64,000 nucleotides of DNA, taken from positions 310,001-374,000 of the forward strand of contig JAQGDQ010000072.1 of NCBI GenBank assembly GCA_030141605.1, written 5' to 3'. Shown here piece by piece: positions 1 to 23,915 of this stretch. The position numbers were made by a program, and so were the translations under genes. Every line of letters begins with the position of its first letter. Within the stretch, counting starts at the first letter, position 1. The stretch comes from Tubiluchus corallicola. Taxonomy: Eukaryota; Animalia; Priapulida. The notes under the pieces are model-generated. The model was not told the origin of the DNA. It saw nothing but the letters and a program-made list of their open reading frames with translations, and made no database searches.

Positions 1-277
1 TTGCTGATTTTTCGAAATTTTAAGCCTTTCTATATTCAAATCTCCTACAATTAAAACATTGCAAGTGTTATACCACCCTTATACCACCCTTACACCACCA
101 TTATATCAATACACGTCACATATTGATCATAGTTAGTTACTTCTATTGCTTCTTAGCACACGATCTGTTTCAAACTGTTAATCAACTGCTAATTTTCTGA
201 AAAGGCCTTGTCAGTAACAGCTCCTTATTATTATCTAACCATTGTGACGATTGATTGTTTTCTACTGTATTTATTAG

Positions 278-10821
<10,544 letters not shown>

Positions 10822-12681
10822 ATAAAGTTTTGTAATAATTCGGTTATTATCGCTATATAATTTATCATGTTTATATATTACAATTTATTATTGTATAATG
10901 ATATCATTTTCATATCTTTGTATGCCTATGTAAGGTCGTGTTTTTTCGTCATTGTTTTGTGTCGATGTTATCGAAATATACAATGTATAATTATGTGCAT
11001 TTATATTTCTAATACTTCAAATATAATAGACCTTTAGTTCAAAAATTAGCAGGCACATGTACATAATGTAAGCTCGAGCTACACATAATTTTCATATTTA
11101 GTGAAAAATGGCATAAACCTATATCAATGAAAACATACTTAATATATAGGCAATTATGTTGGCTAGATTCAAGAATCTCATCCGAAAATTTCATTTTATT
11201 AAAAGTATATTACTGTTGTACATCTGTTATTGTTTTTTATTATTATTACTAAAAATCTTCACATTTGTGCAGCAGTAAAGATTTATTATACATTACATTA
11301 AATTTGTACATGTACGTGAAGTCGCTGCTCGATCACAGTTTTGTAACCAAATAAGTGAATGATATTTTCGGCTGCGTCTATTAAATGTTGGCTCACGATT
11401 CACAACACTAGGTCTATGGTCTGCTAATTGCCCTGCAAAGTGGTTCTGCCTTAGTCTTGTCTTAATCACAACAAGTTCAAGTAGTCATACTAAAACCCGC
11501 AGGAGTTTCAGCGTTGATGCAGCATGTACACCCAAGCAAATTTGCGAAGCTGCAGTAATATTACACATTCCTATCACAATCAAAACTCGAAAAACGTGAT
11601 TGAGTATACTACTGTGTGAGAACTTGAGTTAAGTTATCAGCACGAAGTGTCTGGCAGAAACGTGTGGCTCGTGGGCTCTTGAGTGCAACCGAAGGAATGG
11701 AAGAACGTTCGTTTTTGCATTACCACTTACCAGTGCCTTAAGATTTAAGAAAACAAACCGTCTAAGCTACGAAATTGCGAATCCAACAATATAACGAATT
11801 TTGCCCAAAACAGCAGTGTTGATTAGCTGCTGTGATTGAAATGTGTTTAGCATTTCATTTTGAAGTTTGGCAAACATGCATGATAATCAAGCTTGATTAA
11901 TCAAAATTCCGGACAAATGGTCATGTAAAAGATTTAGTCAGATTTTCTGCTTTAAACCACGCAAAACTTTCTGCACAATTTTCGAGAGAATTCTACAGTT
12001 TATTATTACGAAAAAAAAGACAATTGATAACCGCCTATAAATATAGATTTACATTCAGATTTTCCCCCGTAATAATAAAAATGTTAAATAACAGAAATTA
12101 TGTAAATAACTAATAAAAAGTGGAAAGGGTGGCGAAAAACTAGAGTTATCGAGTCAGCCAACCTTTTCAAGATGTAAGAATTATAGGTTTAGTAGCATCA
12201 TTTTTCTTATTTGATCGGTATAATATATGCGGTAAACAAAAAAAGTTGATAATTAATTTATAATTAGGTTAGAGTTAGCTATAACAAATTAAATAAAATT
12301 CATGCAGCAGATTTGTAGTAATATGAGTAATGGTAAATATAGAAATCTGAGGTTGAGGACACAGAGTTAGTGATTGCTAAATTAGCATGCATGCACCTTT
12401 CCAACTTACAGTTCCAGTTTTTGATTTTGTGTGTAAAAATAACCAAACTTTCTCGAAGTTTCTTCAGGATTTCATAACAATATTCATAATTTCATAACAT
12501 TCATAATTTCCAACATTGCACAAAGATTCCAAACTTCAGTTTCCTTGTTCAAAGAAATTTACACTATGTTCACACTCACTCGCAATTGGATATTTAAAAC
12601 TGGTTTAATTTACTGCCAGAGAAAGATTAAAATCAAACCTGTTTGAAATGCTGTCCTGAATAAATTTATGAATCGGTATTT

Positions 12682-14174
12682 TGTGATAATTTAATGGAAT
12701 TATCAACTGAAGTAGATTCAGTTGATAAAACGGATACCTCCTTGATTTGATAAGATAAATTTATTGATTGATAATAAGAACTCACTCAGCTGGTAAGGCA
12801 CGGGATTTAATGCGATGCCAAATTATTTCACAGGTGTGTTTTTTCGTTTACTGAAGGTAAACAGGTGTTCATTAAGTGAGGACGCAATCTTGCTTTATAG
12901 CCTTATGCAGAGTTACACGTAATTATTAAGAAAGTCGCAATAAGCAAACTTCTTCGGAAGAGAAGCTTTGTGGCCGACGCCAAGCTTGCGAGGAGACATT
13001 GAGAGCGAGAAATTCTGAAGACAGACCTGGCGTGTAGAAACCTTCCCACGCAGAAGAAGAATTCTTAAGCCACCTGGATGATCGTAAACTTCTTGGCAGG
13101 GGATGCTAGGGTAAGCCAGGGATGTCACCTTTCACCTTATTGCACCATATTCCGTTTGGGCGCGAAATTGCGCAAGGCGGGATCTTGGAGTTATAAGCTC
13201 GAATTGAGAACATGAGAGGTTAGTTAGTCGGGCGTGAGTCAGTGAGCGGACATCGAGGGAGTGAGGAGCCAGAGAGAGGCGACACAGGGAATCTGACAGA
13301 GTGTGAAGACATCGTTTGAACCAGCGCGGAACAGTTCTACGTCCTCAGCAAAACGTCTGGGCACTGGATCTACGAACAGTCTCACAGAAGCATTGGATTT
13401 GACCAAGTGTACGGGAGTTGCATTGTGGTCATCTTAACGCATTAGTAACTGAGAGTAACTCTGCATAACGGTAGTTCACATTGTAGTAAGCACCTTAAGT
13501 GTAGCATACGGATTAGTTGTAAAGTGTGTATTTCACATTGTAGTAAGCACCTTAAGTGTAGCATACGGATTAGTTGTAAAGTGTGTATTTCACAATGTAT
13601 CAAGCACCTTAAGTGCAGCGTACTGAAAATTGCTAAGTGAATTGCTTGTGTATCTCTTGGAGCTATACATTAGTTGTGAACGCCCACCAGCGTCTAAGGA
13701 CAAATCTTGTACAGCTACTTAGATAAGAGTAAATATTGTGAACCAATAAAAGTTTATTCACTTTGACTTAATTTACGAGTTCATGTATGCTTTTAGGTGT
13801 TTGAAGTTAAGCAACACTAGATTCGATAACGAACCTGTAGATTCGCATTGCATTAATTATTAATTAATTTAATAAAGCTCAATTGTGGGAGCTAGGCTAG
13901 ATAGCTTTAGGGTCAAAGACTTTACTCACAACGCGAAGTCGAAGAGTCAGTCTTGAGGGACAAGATTATCGCCCGATAGACTTATCTAAAGCCCTAGGAG
14001 CCGGGTGATAAATCACCTTGTAGCAATTAATTATATAGGAAGCGAATCGATTAAATTATTATACAAATCACTTGAATACTATACGATCACAAGATACCAG
14101 AAGTAGGAAGTGATAATGCCATAAACCTGGCTTTAATTAACAAACGTTCATTCGTAATCGAATATCTAGTAACA
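12682..14174 (+). mobile_element. Possible solo LTR or repeat remnant containing a 57-bp tandem repeat (13475-13620); boundaries uncertain
   Basis: GC-richer island with no long ORF, a TATA-like TTATAA near 13191, AATAAA at 13745 and about 2.6 copies of a 57-bp unit. No convincing TSD found. Confidence 0.3.
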
Positions 14175-15469
14175 AGTTTAAGCTCTTCTGTACACTTAAG
14201 CAAAAGTATTAATTACTTGTCTTCGCAATAAGATTTATAATACGCATGTTTTTTGGTTAGTCAGTGACGTTCTTTTATTTTGGTGAGGTAGAAACTTTTA
14301 GCTGACAACATAGAAGGATTGTATTTGTAGAAAGCTAGAAGTAAAGTATATTAGTCTAAAGTTAGTGTAGACTGTTGTAGATTGGTTCACTCTGGTGGTT
14401 GACATTAAGAATATGGACTTGTGTTGAACTGCGAACGACTATTTCTATTTACATATTACACTATTATTTACGGAAAGAAAATACATGGTGACCATTCAAC
14501 AGCAATGCTCAAGAAAAAAGGCCCATGTTGGCCTTGGCAGAGCTACATAAGTCACATGCACCCACTGAGCTTACCTGATTGGCTATTGAAATTCACTGGC
14601 CATCTACACTCCCATATATGAGAAGCGCAGCAGGTACGGGTGACTGAGCAGGACTGACCAAGGCCACAACCTGGATTGAACTTCACTCAATTTATTTTGA
14701 ATGTAGGTGGCAGCACATATTAAATAATTGTTGTTGTAGTAGTTTAAATTAAGAATCGCAAATGAAATGTGCGACAGGTGCACACTGGGACAGCTAACCA
14801 GTGTCGTTTTGCCAGCTTGTGCAAACATTTTAAATTATTCATAACATAAATATTATATAATTATTAATAATATATTTATATTATTTATAATAAAGTTACA
14901 TTATAGTAACATAACTTTGTGTGGTAAGTTTTTTGAAACGTAAAACATTTAAAATAAAACATCGACAAATGAGTCTAAGCCATTGAGCAGAAATCTATGC
15001 AGCACTTACAACTATCACAGATCGTCAAATTCATATTTCTGTAAGATCACCAAATGAAATTGAAACCATGGACAATTTTGTGGTAGCGAAATATGTTCAA
15101 TAGTGTCCGGGTATTTTAATTAAAATAAACAACCAAAGAGGAATGTACACAAGCAAGTAAACGGAGGAAGAACAAAAAAGCGAGCAAACAACTAAGCAAA
15201 AGTGAAACCAAAACAAGTAACAAACAAACATATTAGCAAGTAATCACGCAGCGAGCCAACAAACAAGCAAGCAAATGAAAAAACTAGCAACCCGGTAAGC
15301 AAAAAAACTAAATAAAGAAGCAAATAAGCAAACCAAACAGCAAAATAGTAAGCAAGCAAAGAATTAAACAAACGAGAAAGCAAGCATGAAAAACAAACGA
15401 AGCACACAAAATGTACCACCTCGGCCTATTTTGCTACATAGGCAAGCTTGTCGAGCGACTCTTTGCTAA

Positions 15470-16830
15470 CCGATTAATTCTAAAATGCCCAATGGAAGTA
15501 TTGGACATTGTACAGGAGGGTTTTGTCGCAGGACATACCTTAGTACTGAACGATATCTGTTTCGCCTAATTAGTAAAATGCAAAGTGGCCTCATAAAGAA
15601 ACATCCAGCCATCGCTGTCTTTTGTGATTTTGAAAAGGCGTTTGACAGTGTGTGGGTCAAAGGCCTAATATTCAAACTCTATCAATTAGGAATTGCTGGA
15701 AAGTTTTTGGGTACAATCAAGAATTATTTTTGAGTCAATCATTTTTTATCAGTGTAGGTAATTACTGTTCACAAATGTATAATAGAAATATTGGCCTTCC
15801 GCAAGGCTCTGTCCTTTCGCCTCTACTATTCATAATTTTCATTTCAGAAATGCTGAATGATGTAAGATCCAATAAAATTGTAGACGTCTTTAAATATGCA
15901 GACGGCACATTTTACGCATCTAAAACAAACTCTGATGAGTGTCGTAATACTGCGCAAATCTGTTGTAATAAGTTACATCTATAGTGTAAAAAATGGCGGC
16001 TGAAAGTCAGCTGTAATAGGAACAAAACGGAAGTTATGATCATGGGGTCTACGCAAAATATAGTAAATAATAATTTGCCTAAATTAAAAATTGATGGTAA
16101 TGAAATTGAATATGTTCAAAATAGTACAGTACTGGGTATCACTATTGATAGTAATCTGAAATTTGATTGTTATACCAATAGAGTTAGGAAAAATGCATGG
16201 CACAAATGGACACAAATTAAATAACTGTGCTTTAAATACAGAGGAATGAGAATGGCAACTATTATACAACTGTTTAAAACATTTGTACTACCTGTGATAC
16301 TATGCAGTGCCAGCGTTTGGTTAGCTAAAAAATATTCATTATTTGATGACTTGTATTATGATGTCCTCAGAACTGCTCCTCCTCTAGAAATCGAAATGAA
16401 AGCTCATAATGTAAGATTCCTAAGTAAAATATTGCAGGATGGTGATGATGATCTAGTTAAGAAAGAACTTTTGTATATATTTAATACTAACTTTTATCTG
16501 TCATACAACCACTTTGTAAAATATTATGCTAGAGATCTAAGGCAATTTTTAGATACTACTAGAGATGCAGGGCGAATTAACAACGAAGAACTTTCTATAC
16601 TTAATTGGGCTGTTACAAAATCTGATCTGGATAAATTCAAGCAAACTCTTTGGCACAGACAACTTATACTTTATTAGAAAACAGAAAAGAATGGTTTGGC
16701 ATAATCCCACAACTTAACCCCTTTAATTTACCAATTTCACCTACAAATAGAGAGTTGGAATCCATTGCCCTGTTTTATTCATGGACAATGATTTTTTAAA
16801 CATTTTTTATTCCGATTAGGACTCATACCT
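15470..16830 (+). mobile_element. Degenerate 5'-truncated LINE (I/Jockey-group-like RT)
   Basis: RT motifs in broken frames: DFEKAFDSVWVKGLIFKL, GLPQGSVLSPLLFIIFI, KYAD, VLGITIDSNLKF, with stops and frameshifts. Confidence 0.9.
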
Positions 16831-17195
16831 GACAATTCTTGACTTGTAACAGCGTTGTATCAAGACGTTTCAGACACCATAGGCTGACAGCTCATACCCA
16901 TTCATCTCTATTATGGACTTATGGTTATTTATATAAGAAGCAAAGTATGCAATTACTTGTACTGCATTAGCTGCACTGCCTAAGTGATTATACTGCATTT
17001 GCACAATGCTTATGCATAAAGGCTATGCTACTGCTTATGATGCAGTACCTTTTGTGAAGTAAATGTACTTGTTTGTTATGTTGCATTTATATAAAAGCGG
17101 ATCATGTAACTGTGCCCCAAAAGTCTCACACCTTTCAAAATGCCTAGTTAGCCCATTGGTAAAACGCCTCCATGTGCATGTGGGGGAGGGGTATA

Positions 17196-17315
17196 TGTGC
17201 GTACGCGCGTGTGTGCGTGTGTGCGTGCGTGCGTGTGTGTGTGTGTGTGCGCGTGCATGCGTGCGTGTGTGTGTGTGTGCGCGCGCGCGTGAGTGCGTGC
17301 GTGTGTGTGTGTGCA

Positions 17316-17374
<59 letters not shown>
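17196..17374. repeat. Compound microsatellite (GT/GC/GTGC)n followed by (TA)n
   Basis: Directly visible; it produces the spurious ORFs at 17035-17581. Confidence 0.97.
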
Positions 17375-17377
<3 letters not shown>

Positions 17378-18228
17378 TGCTTTTATTTGAGATATTCTTC
17401 TTTTACTAAAAATGCAAAAGTAATTTTGACTTATCAAAATTGCGCGAATGCCGACACTATTAGTGTATTGTTATTACTATCAAGGCGCCGCTCAATAACT
17501 ATTAACTCTCCGCCGTCCGATACCGCCAGCGTAGCCGCTAATCGACATGCGAATTTCGTTCATGTTCTTTCCACACTTTGATATAACAATTGTAAACAGT
17601 GTATTTTCAACGCAGTATAGCTAAATTAGTGAAACACGATTTCATACACGGTGGTGTAGGGCGCGGAGTACGCCACTGGCTGATGTAGGACACTTCCGCT
17701 AAAGCGCATGTGCCAAATTTGCGAAAAGCTGTGTACATGGGCAGCCCAAGTAGGGCACCGGCGATTTCTGTCACGAAACGAGAATTATGACATAATAAAA
17801 CTAAATTTCTTTTGGAAAAAAATAACTTTATAATAATGATGGATAGTCCTTGACAATTTACAAATGCATTTCTTACAATAATAATTATCACCACGGTTAT
17901 TAGCTCCATTAATATGATCATAACATTAAACTAGGTATCTAATGCTTTAATGAGAGAAACTATGTAGGGCACAAAACTCGCTAACCCGTTTACTTAGTAG
18001 AAAACAATTACTTACCCAAAAGATGGTGAAGCAGATCACCTGTCTGTGAAGCAAGACAAAAAAAATGATATACCTTAAGCAAATGTTGTAATCACCTAAA
18101 AGCGGTCTTATTTCACTCCAAAAAAATATTGAAGCCAAGTTTAAAATTGATCGTTTTACTAGCTCAGAACACGATTCTTTTATTTTATCAGATCCATGAT
18201 AAATTATTCAACGTGTATTAACGTTTTT

Positions 18229-18229
18229 A

Positions 18230-18272
<43 letters not shown>
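18229..18272. repeat. (ATT)n microsatellite upstream of the PTRH2 start codon
   Basis: About 14 ATT units. Confidence 0.95.
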
Positions 18273-18273
<1 letters not shown>

Positions 18274-18504
18274 ATAAACAAGGGCAACGGACGCTGCTAG
18301 TACAGTTAACGACTCAATTAGTGACGTGTCTCTTGTGTACTACTTGTGCAGCCCATGTACCACGCGTCCTACATGGGCTAGTCCGTGTGTCCTACTTCGG
18401 CTAATTTCGTACTCCGCTCCCAACAGAATGTGTTGCAAAAATTACCAATGCCTGTTTCACATTTTTCGTCACGATTGTGAAATTTACGTAAATGCTTCTT
18501 CAAA

Positions 18505-21500
18505 ATGGATGTAAATACTTTAACCTGGTTTGGATTCGGTGTTACTTGTGGAATTACCTGTACATACCTCGTATCAGTTGTTAAGAACAAGGGTAGATCG
18601 AAAGCAACAAACATTTTAACTCAGGTAATGCCTAATGTTTTTAATCATGTTTCTGATCAAATTCTAACCATAGCCGTAATATTAATCAGTTTGCTAATGC
18701 GCGATATTTTAGATTATTTATTTTGGTGCTTAGAAAAATAAAAAAGATTGGCGATGATTCAAGACGAATGCACAGAATTGGTGCACTATACAAAACCTGT
18801 GAGTGCTGATAATAATGTGTATAACAATGTCTGTAGTGTTCACTGGATGAATTAGCTGTTACTGCACTTCAAGCAGAAAAATATATTACGTATGACATTA
18901 TTGTTCTATGGCCCCACATTCCAAAAGTGTGAAGTAAATTAAAGTAAACTTAAGTCTCACGGGAAGTTGAGCTTATTTTAATATTTGAGGATAATGTTAG
19001 AAAGTTTCAGCAATTAAAACTGTGATAAGCACCTCGTGTATTTACTAAAGCCAATTTCAAGTTGCAATCGCTTCAAAACTTGGAGCACTCATTGAATGAA
19101 AAATGGTGTCATCCAGTTATCTACAAAAAGTTCGCTCAAGCGCTTGTTTGGATTAGTATTTACATTGCACAGTAACCGGATGACAAAATATTGAACTGAT
19201 ATAAACAAAAAAATACATCAGTTTTACTGCAACAAGTGTGGTTTATTCATTTATTTACATAAGCTTGAACATACGATAATGTTCTTCTGAGACTTAGCAT
19301 GGTCATAATGGTAAAAGAAGTCAAAAAACCCGTAAATCTCAAAAATTCTTTATTTTTTCAGAAGCTTTCATCCGTCTCGGACTTCGTCAGCTGCACAGAA
19401 AGATACAATAATAAAAATCACAGATAAAACTACATATAAAGTAAAATGTCAGTCGTTAACACACCACAAACTGTTATCTCTAGTCACCTGTTTCTAACTG
19501 TACACCATAAGCATTTATTTACCCTGTATGTTTATAGAATCAACAAGCATACATTTGGTTATTTTTAGATCAAGATCTTTGCTATATCTAATGCATGTCA
19601 GGTATATTTGTCAGTTCTTTTTCCATTTTGGTATAGTAATTTTAGTAATTAGTCATTTTACTCTTTCTTCTAATTTAGGTTTTAATTCAACCTTTTCATG
19701 TTTTTTGTAAGCTTTATTTTACCGTTATTGTATTTTATACAGTAGGCAGCGCTTAATAGACTCACTTTGGGACCGAAGTGTTTTGACCCAATTAACTGAT
19801 GGGCGTCGTATTACTGTTATAGAAGTATCAGTCATCAGCTTAGTGTGTCCTGCAAAAGTTTTAATGAATTTTAGAAATGAAGTAATGCCTAAATTCCTTT
19901 GTCCAGTTAAAAATTAGAAAAAAATTTAAAATATTAATTTATATAAGTGAATTAGCAATAAATTAAAAAATATACTTTTCTAAATCACACAAGTCTATTT
20001 ATTTGCAAAAATTACAAAAATTCCGTTAAAGTCGGCTGCTTCATTTTATCGCTAAGAAGTTGGCTCACATAATTATAAAAACGTTGAAAATCTGTTGTTG
20101 TATGATACACACATTCTTGTAAAATATGTAGTGCTTGGCGTGCTTGAACTGTTGGTGGTGCCTGTGTTTCCCCACAAGTAGCTTCGTCTGTAGTTTCGCC
20201 TAAGCTCCCGCTTGCTATAATTGTGACGTACTTACTGTACTGTACCTGTGTCCCTGGCATAACAGCAACATCTAACTGATTAAACTTTCTGGCAAAGACA
20301 GCCAGAGGTTCAAAAGCAAACTGCTAAGCAAGTGATTAAATGTTTAGCTTCCATGAATTCTGAGCAACGAGGTTAATTGCAGTGGACGGGCAGGTCAAAG
20401 CAAACCATTAGGCAATCATACTATCATAATTAACGTATGATTATTTCTATGTATTTTATAGGACAAAAGCGAACTAAGATATAAAGTCATAAAAGCTTAT
20501 TAGTCATACCGAAGTGTCTTCTTGAAGCATGTGAAGCAGAAATATTGAGTCAGTTATGCGGAATTATTGAGTCAATTACCGACAGTTTTTATGTATATTT
20601 GAATAGAAGCGGCCCATACCAGGTGTTTTTGAGTCGATTAAGAGATTGAGTTTATTAACGCTGAGTCTATTAAGCAGCGCCTACTGTATCAAGTTTTAAC
20701 TGTAACTTTTATTATTGTATCTTTCTGTGTAGCTGATGAAGTCTGAGACGGACGAAAGAATTTTTGTAATTTATGGAAATTTTGACTTCTTCTTGTACAT
20801 TTATTCACATAGTATAATTCAGCATGAAAGTTGCAGAAGCTTTCCAACAAGTTAAAGTATTGAATCCAAAACATGAAACAAGAGATTATTAATTACTAAT
20901 TTTTTGCTTTTCGCTGAATCTCGTTGCCCGTCATGTAATGAAAACCAGTTACAATGATAATATACTAATTTCCAACTTGGCTAATAAATGCAGACAAAGC
21001 CAACAGTAATTGTGTGGCAATTATATTAACAAGCTAAAACTCAATGCTGTAAGCTAAGTTAACCGCTCAGCATCTTCTGTATGCTCACAGCCTTGCAAAA
21101 TTTCACGCTTTTCTGTAATTATTATGTACACAGTGTTTCCTCACTTATCGCGAGTGTTCCTTTCCAGGCCCACCCGCGATAAGTGAATTTCCGCGAAGTA
21201 GGGATGCTATGCTTATTCTAGCGGGCGCAAGTACTACATTTCATTTTTGGTATGTATTCATCTGCCGAATAAATACACTATTTACTGTAAATGGTAATTT
21301 TTTATGATTTATAATATTTTTTTAATGTTAGAATTAATATTTTTAATACATTTTTATACATTACTGTGCAGTACGTACTACGCATGTGCAAAAATACTTT
21401 AGACGGAGTACCGCAAAAACCCGCGAAACAGCAAAATAATATTCTTGAAAACCTGCAAAACAGCGAGTCCGCGATAAACGAACCACGAAGCAACAAGGGA

Positions 21501-23915
21501 ACACTGTAGTACATATGCATTGCGGTATAATCCTACGGAATAAAGCTATGTAAGAACTTTGAAGTTTATTGCAAATTGATCCTATGACTAATTTTACATA
21601 TTCACGTTATACACATTCATTTAATCACAGCTAGAATAGCAGAATTTCTGAAAGAACTGCAGAAGCTTTGTTATGCAGCCTTCGTGCTATACACAAGCTT
21701 TGTTTGTGTTTGCTTGTGGTTTTTTCTAAGTTTAGTGAAATGCTGCAAATAATATTTTATTTGTGCTAATTTAATACAAGTGAACTATGCTCTTTAAATC
21801 AGTATGCATAAAAGTGTTAATGCAAATTTCAATCTCTTCTTTGCATGATATTTCATATTAACTTCTATAGCAGGCTTTTGACCAAGCATGCAATTATAAC
21901 CTAATGAGACTTTTCAACTAGAATATCAATATCTTTTGCCATTACAGTCTAAATTCATACTCCATTTTTAGGCAGCCAGTAATGTTGGCATTATGAGCGA
22001 GTCAGATGAGTACAAACTTGTGATAGCCGTACGTACAGATTTGAAAATGGGAAAAGGCAAGGTTGCAGCTCAGGTAAGCCATAAGAATAATATCTTGTCC
22101 TATTACATGCGACGCAACATGTTTTATAGTAGTATACTTTATTTATAGATATATTTCTCTCGTGTTTCACATGAAAAACTCGGTTAACTCCTTCAGGACC
22201 GCTCCATTCAATATGTCTTATAAGACGTATGACTTTTCTGCGTAGAAAAAACTAAATGATTACAAATTAGGTATAGCTCTATTCAGGAGAATCTCGGCTA
22301 TCCAATTATGCTATATGCTTGTTTAAACATTTATAAGTACCTTAATTTGATAAAATTAAGAAAACCATACCCTTTTCAAGCACTCCAACTTAGCCTATTG
22401 AGTATCTTAGACTGGTGTACACTTGCGTGATCGTACACACTATTTTATTGATCCCTTGCTTGCTACAACCCACGAAATTCATCTGCTGTACAGAGTTCCA
22501 GGAAAACCGTTCATCCAAGAAGAAATTAAGGTCATTTCATCTCTTAACAGGAATTTCTACTCAAAGAGACTTGGGGCCAAAGTCTTATCAGTGTTGTGTC
22601 TGGATGTAATTTTACGTGAAAATCCATTGTGAAGAATAGAAACCTACAAAAATTATCAAATATAACATAATTGCTGTTTAGTGAGAGGAGTTGTTCATGA
22701 ACCCATGCAAAATGCATGAAATGCTTATGGTCCTGAAGCAGTTAAACTGGATTTCATTCCTTGCTGCACTAGAAACATTTATTTTTGAGTCTGATAAATA
22801 ATTGGCATTTCATGTTTCCATCCTGTTAACTATTGTATTGATATTTTTTTCTTTTCCCCCCAGTCTTTTAGATGTCCTTATTAATAGGTGTTCTTTTATT
22901 ATTCTAGTGCTGTCACGCTGCAGTACACTCTTATTCTCGTATGCAAAGGAATAACCCTGATGTACTGAGAGATTGGGAAGCTAGTGGCCAAGCAAAAGTT
23001 GTAGTTAAAGTGGAAGATGAAGACAGTTTGTAAGTTTGGCTTTTTTAACTGGCTGATTTTTTGTTGTAGTGTGCTCATGCTGCAGTTTTAGCCAATCAGC
23101 AAGTTAACTTGAAGCACCCTCGGCTCTCTGCACTGTGGGCTGGACAACAGAAAATAGTTTTGCAGGCAAAAGATGAAAAATGTCTGTAAGTCTGTCAGAA
23201 AATTATAGTACTGCCTAGAAGCACTTTTTGTCATTTTAATGTTTCTTAAAATGTGATTTTTAAGGTCAAAGTTTTTGTTCATAACATGTGGGAATTGTAA
23301 TTTCATAAACGTGGTATTTGAGCATGTGAGTGGTACATAATTGGATTAACTGGCAAATTTTCAATCTGCCTCAGACATTGCTACACTAATTTGGTCTTTC
23401 TGCAATGAACATGAACATGAACACTTTCGTGAGACTTTCAGTCTATTTTTAAAACTCAAAAGCTAATTCAGTCGCATTAAAATCAAAAGCAAGACATATT
23501 TTCAGTTGAACAAATATTAGTGAAAAAAATTGCTGTATTAATGCTTTTGATTCTGTTCAATATCTTCAACGAATTCTCTCATAGGTATGAACTTGCAATG
23601 CATGCAAAGAGATTGGGTTTAAATGCTAGTCTAATTGCCGATGCTGGACGTACACAGATAGCTCCCGGTTCTAAGACTGTGATAGGAATTGGACCAGGTA
23701 TTAATAGTTATCATTCCTTACTACGCCTTTTTGCTCAGTTACATCATCACCACCACCAAAACTGGAAAAAATTTTATGGCTGTTGTGACTTCAGTGACAT
23801 TTAGCATCACTAAAACACCAAATTTAAAAAATACATTACAAGTTACAATGTGGTTTGTTTTTCAGGACCAAAAGATTTGGTTGATCAGGTTACTTCACAT
23901 CTAAAACTGTACTGA
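18505..23915 (+). CDS. PTRH2: Peptidyl-tRNA hydrolase 2 (PTH2/Bit1), 168 aa
   Basis: Exons 18505-18624, 21972-22073, 22908-23029, 23585-23697 and 23866-23915 (507 nt, GT-AG, phases consistent). N-terminal hydrophobic anchor ([20 protein letters not shown]) and PTH2 motifs [82 protein letters not shown] at about 24034. Confidence 0.95.
19359..19393 (-). ncRNA. Minimal type I hammerhead ribozyme motif (Penelope/retrozyme-like)
   Basis: Minus strand reads CAG CUGACGA A GUCCG-AGA-CGGAU GAAA GC UU CUG: conserved core, stem II, palindromic AGCU helix III and a CAG/CUG stem I, followed by AAUAAA. Confidence 0.65.
19740..20686 (-). mobile_element. Non-autonomous pogo/Tigger (Tc1/mariner) element
   Basis: TA TSD; TIR CAGTAGGCAGCGCTTAATAGACTCA versus TGAGTCTATTAAGCAGCGCCTACTG; transposase C-terminal remnant ending QPTLTEFL* (20012-20260). 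Confidence 0.88.
20730..20758 (+). ncRNA. Second, truncated hammerhead motif (inverted copy)
   Basis: UAG CUGAUGA A GUCUG-AGA-CGGAC GAAAG. The helix III, cleavage site and stem I' part is deleted relative to the copy at 19359-19393. Confidence 0.5.
21131..21506. mobile_element. Tigger-like MITE
   Basis: TIR CAGTGTTTCCTC versus AAGGGAACACTG followed by TA; internal ccgcga/tcgcg subrepeats typical of Tigger MITEs. Confidence 0.75.
22188..22741. mobile_element. piggyBac-like MITE
   Basis: TTAA on both sides (22184-22187, 22742-22745); TIR CTCCTTCAGGACC versus GGTCCTGAAGCAG (12/13). Confidence 0.8.

Noticed and set aside
12441-12471. Another hammerhead-like CUGAAGA..GAAA on the minus strand
   Set aside because: Stem II cannot close and helix III is not palindromic; compatible with chance.
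14480-14690. Possible tRNA-derived SINE (B-box-like GTTCAATCC on the minus strand)
   Set aside because: No clear A box, cloverleaf or second copy in the window.
17035-17581. ORFs of 72-172 aa with HT/CV/YI repeats
   Set aside because: Translations of microsatellites.
20689-20874. FWIQYF.. as the end of a Penelope GIY-YIG endonuclease
   Set aside because: Similarity is only a few residues and no RT or GIY-YIG core is visible nearby.
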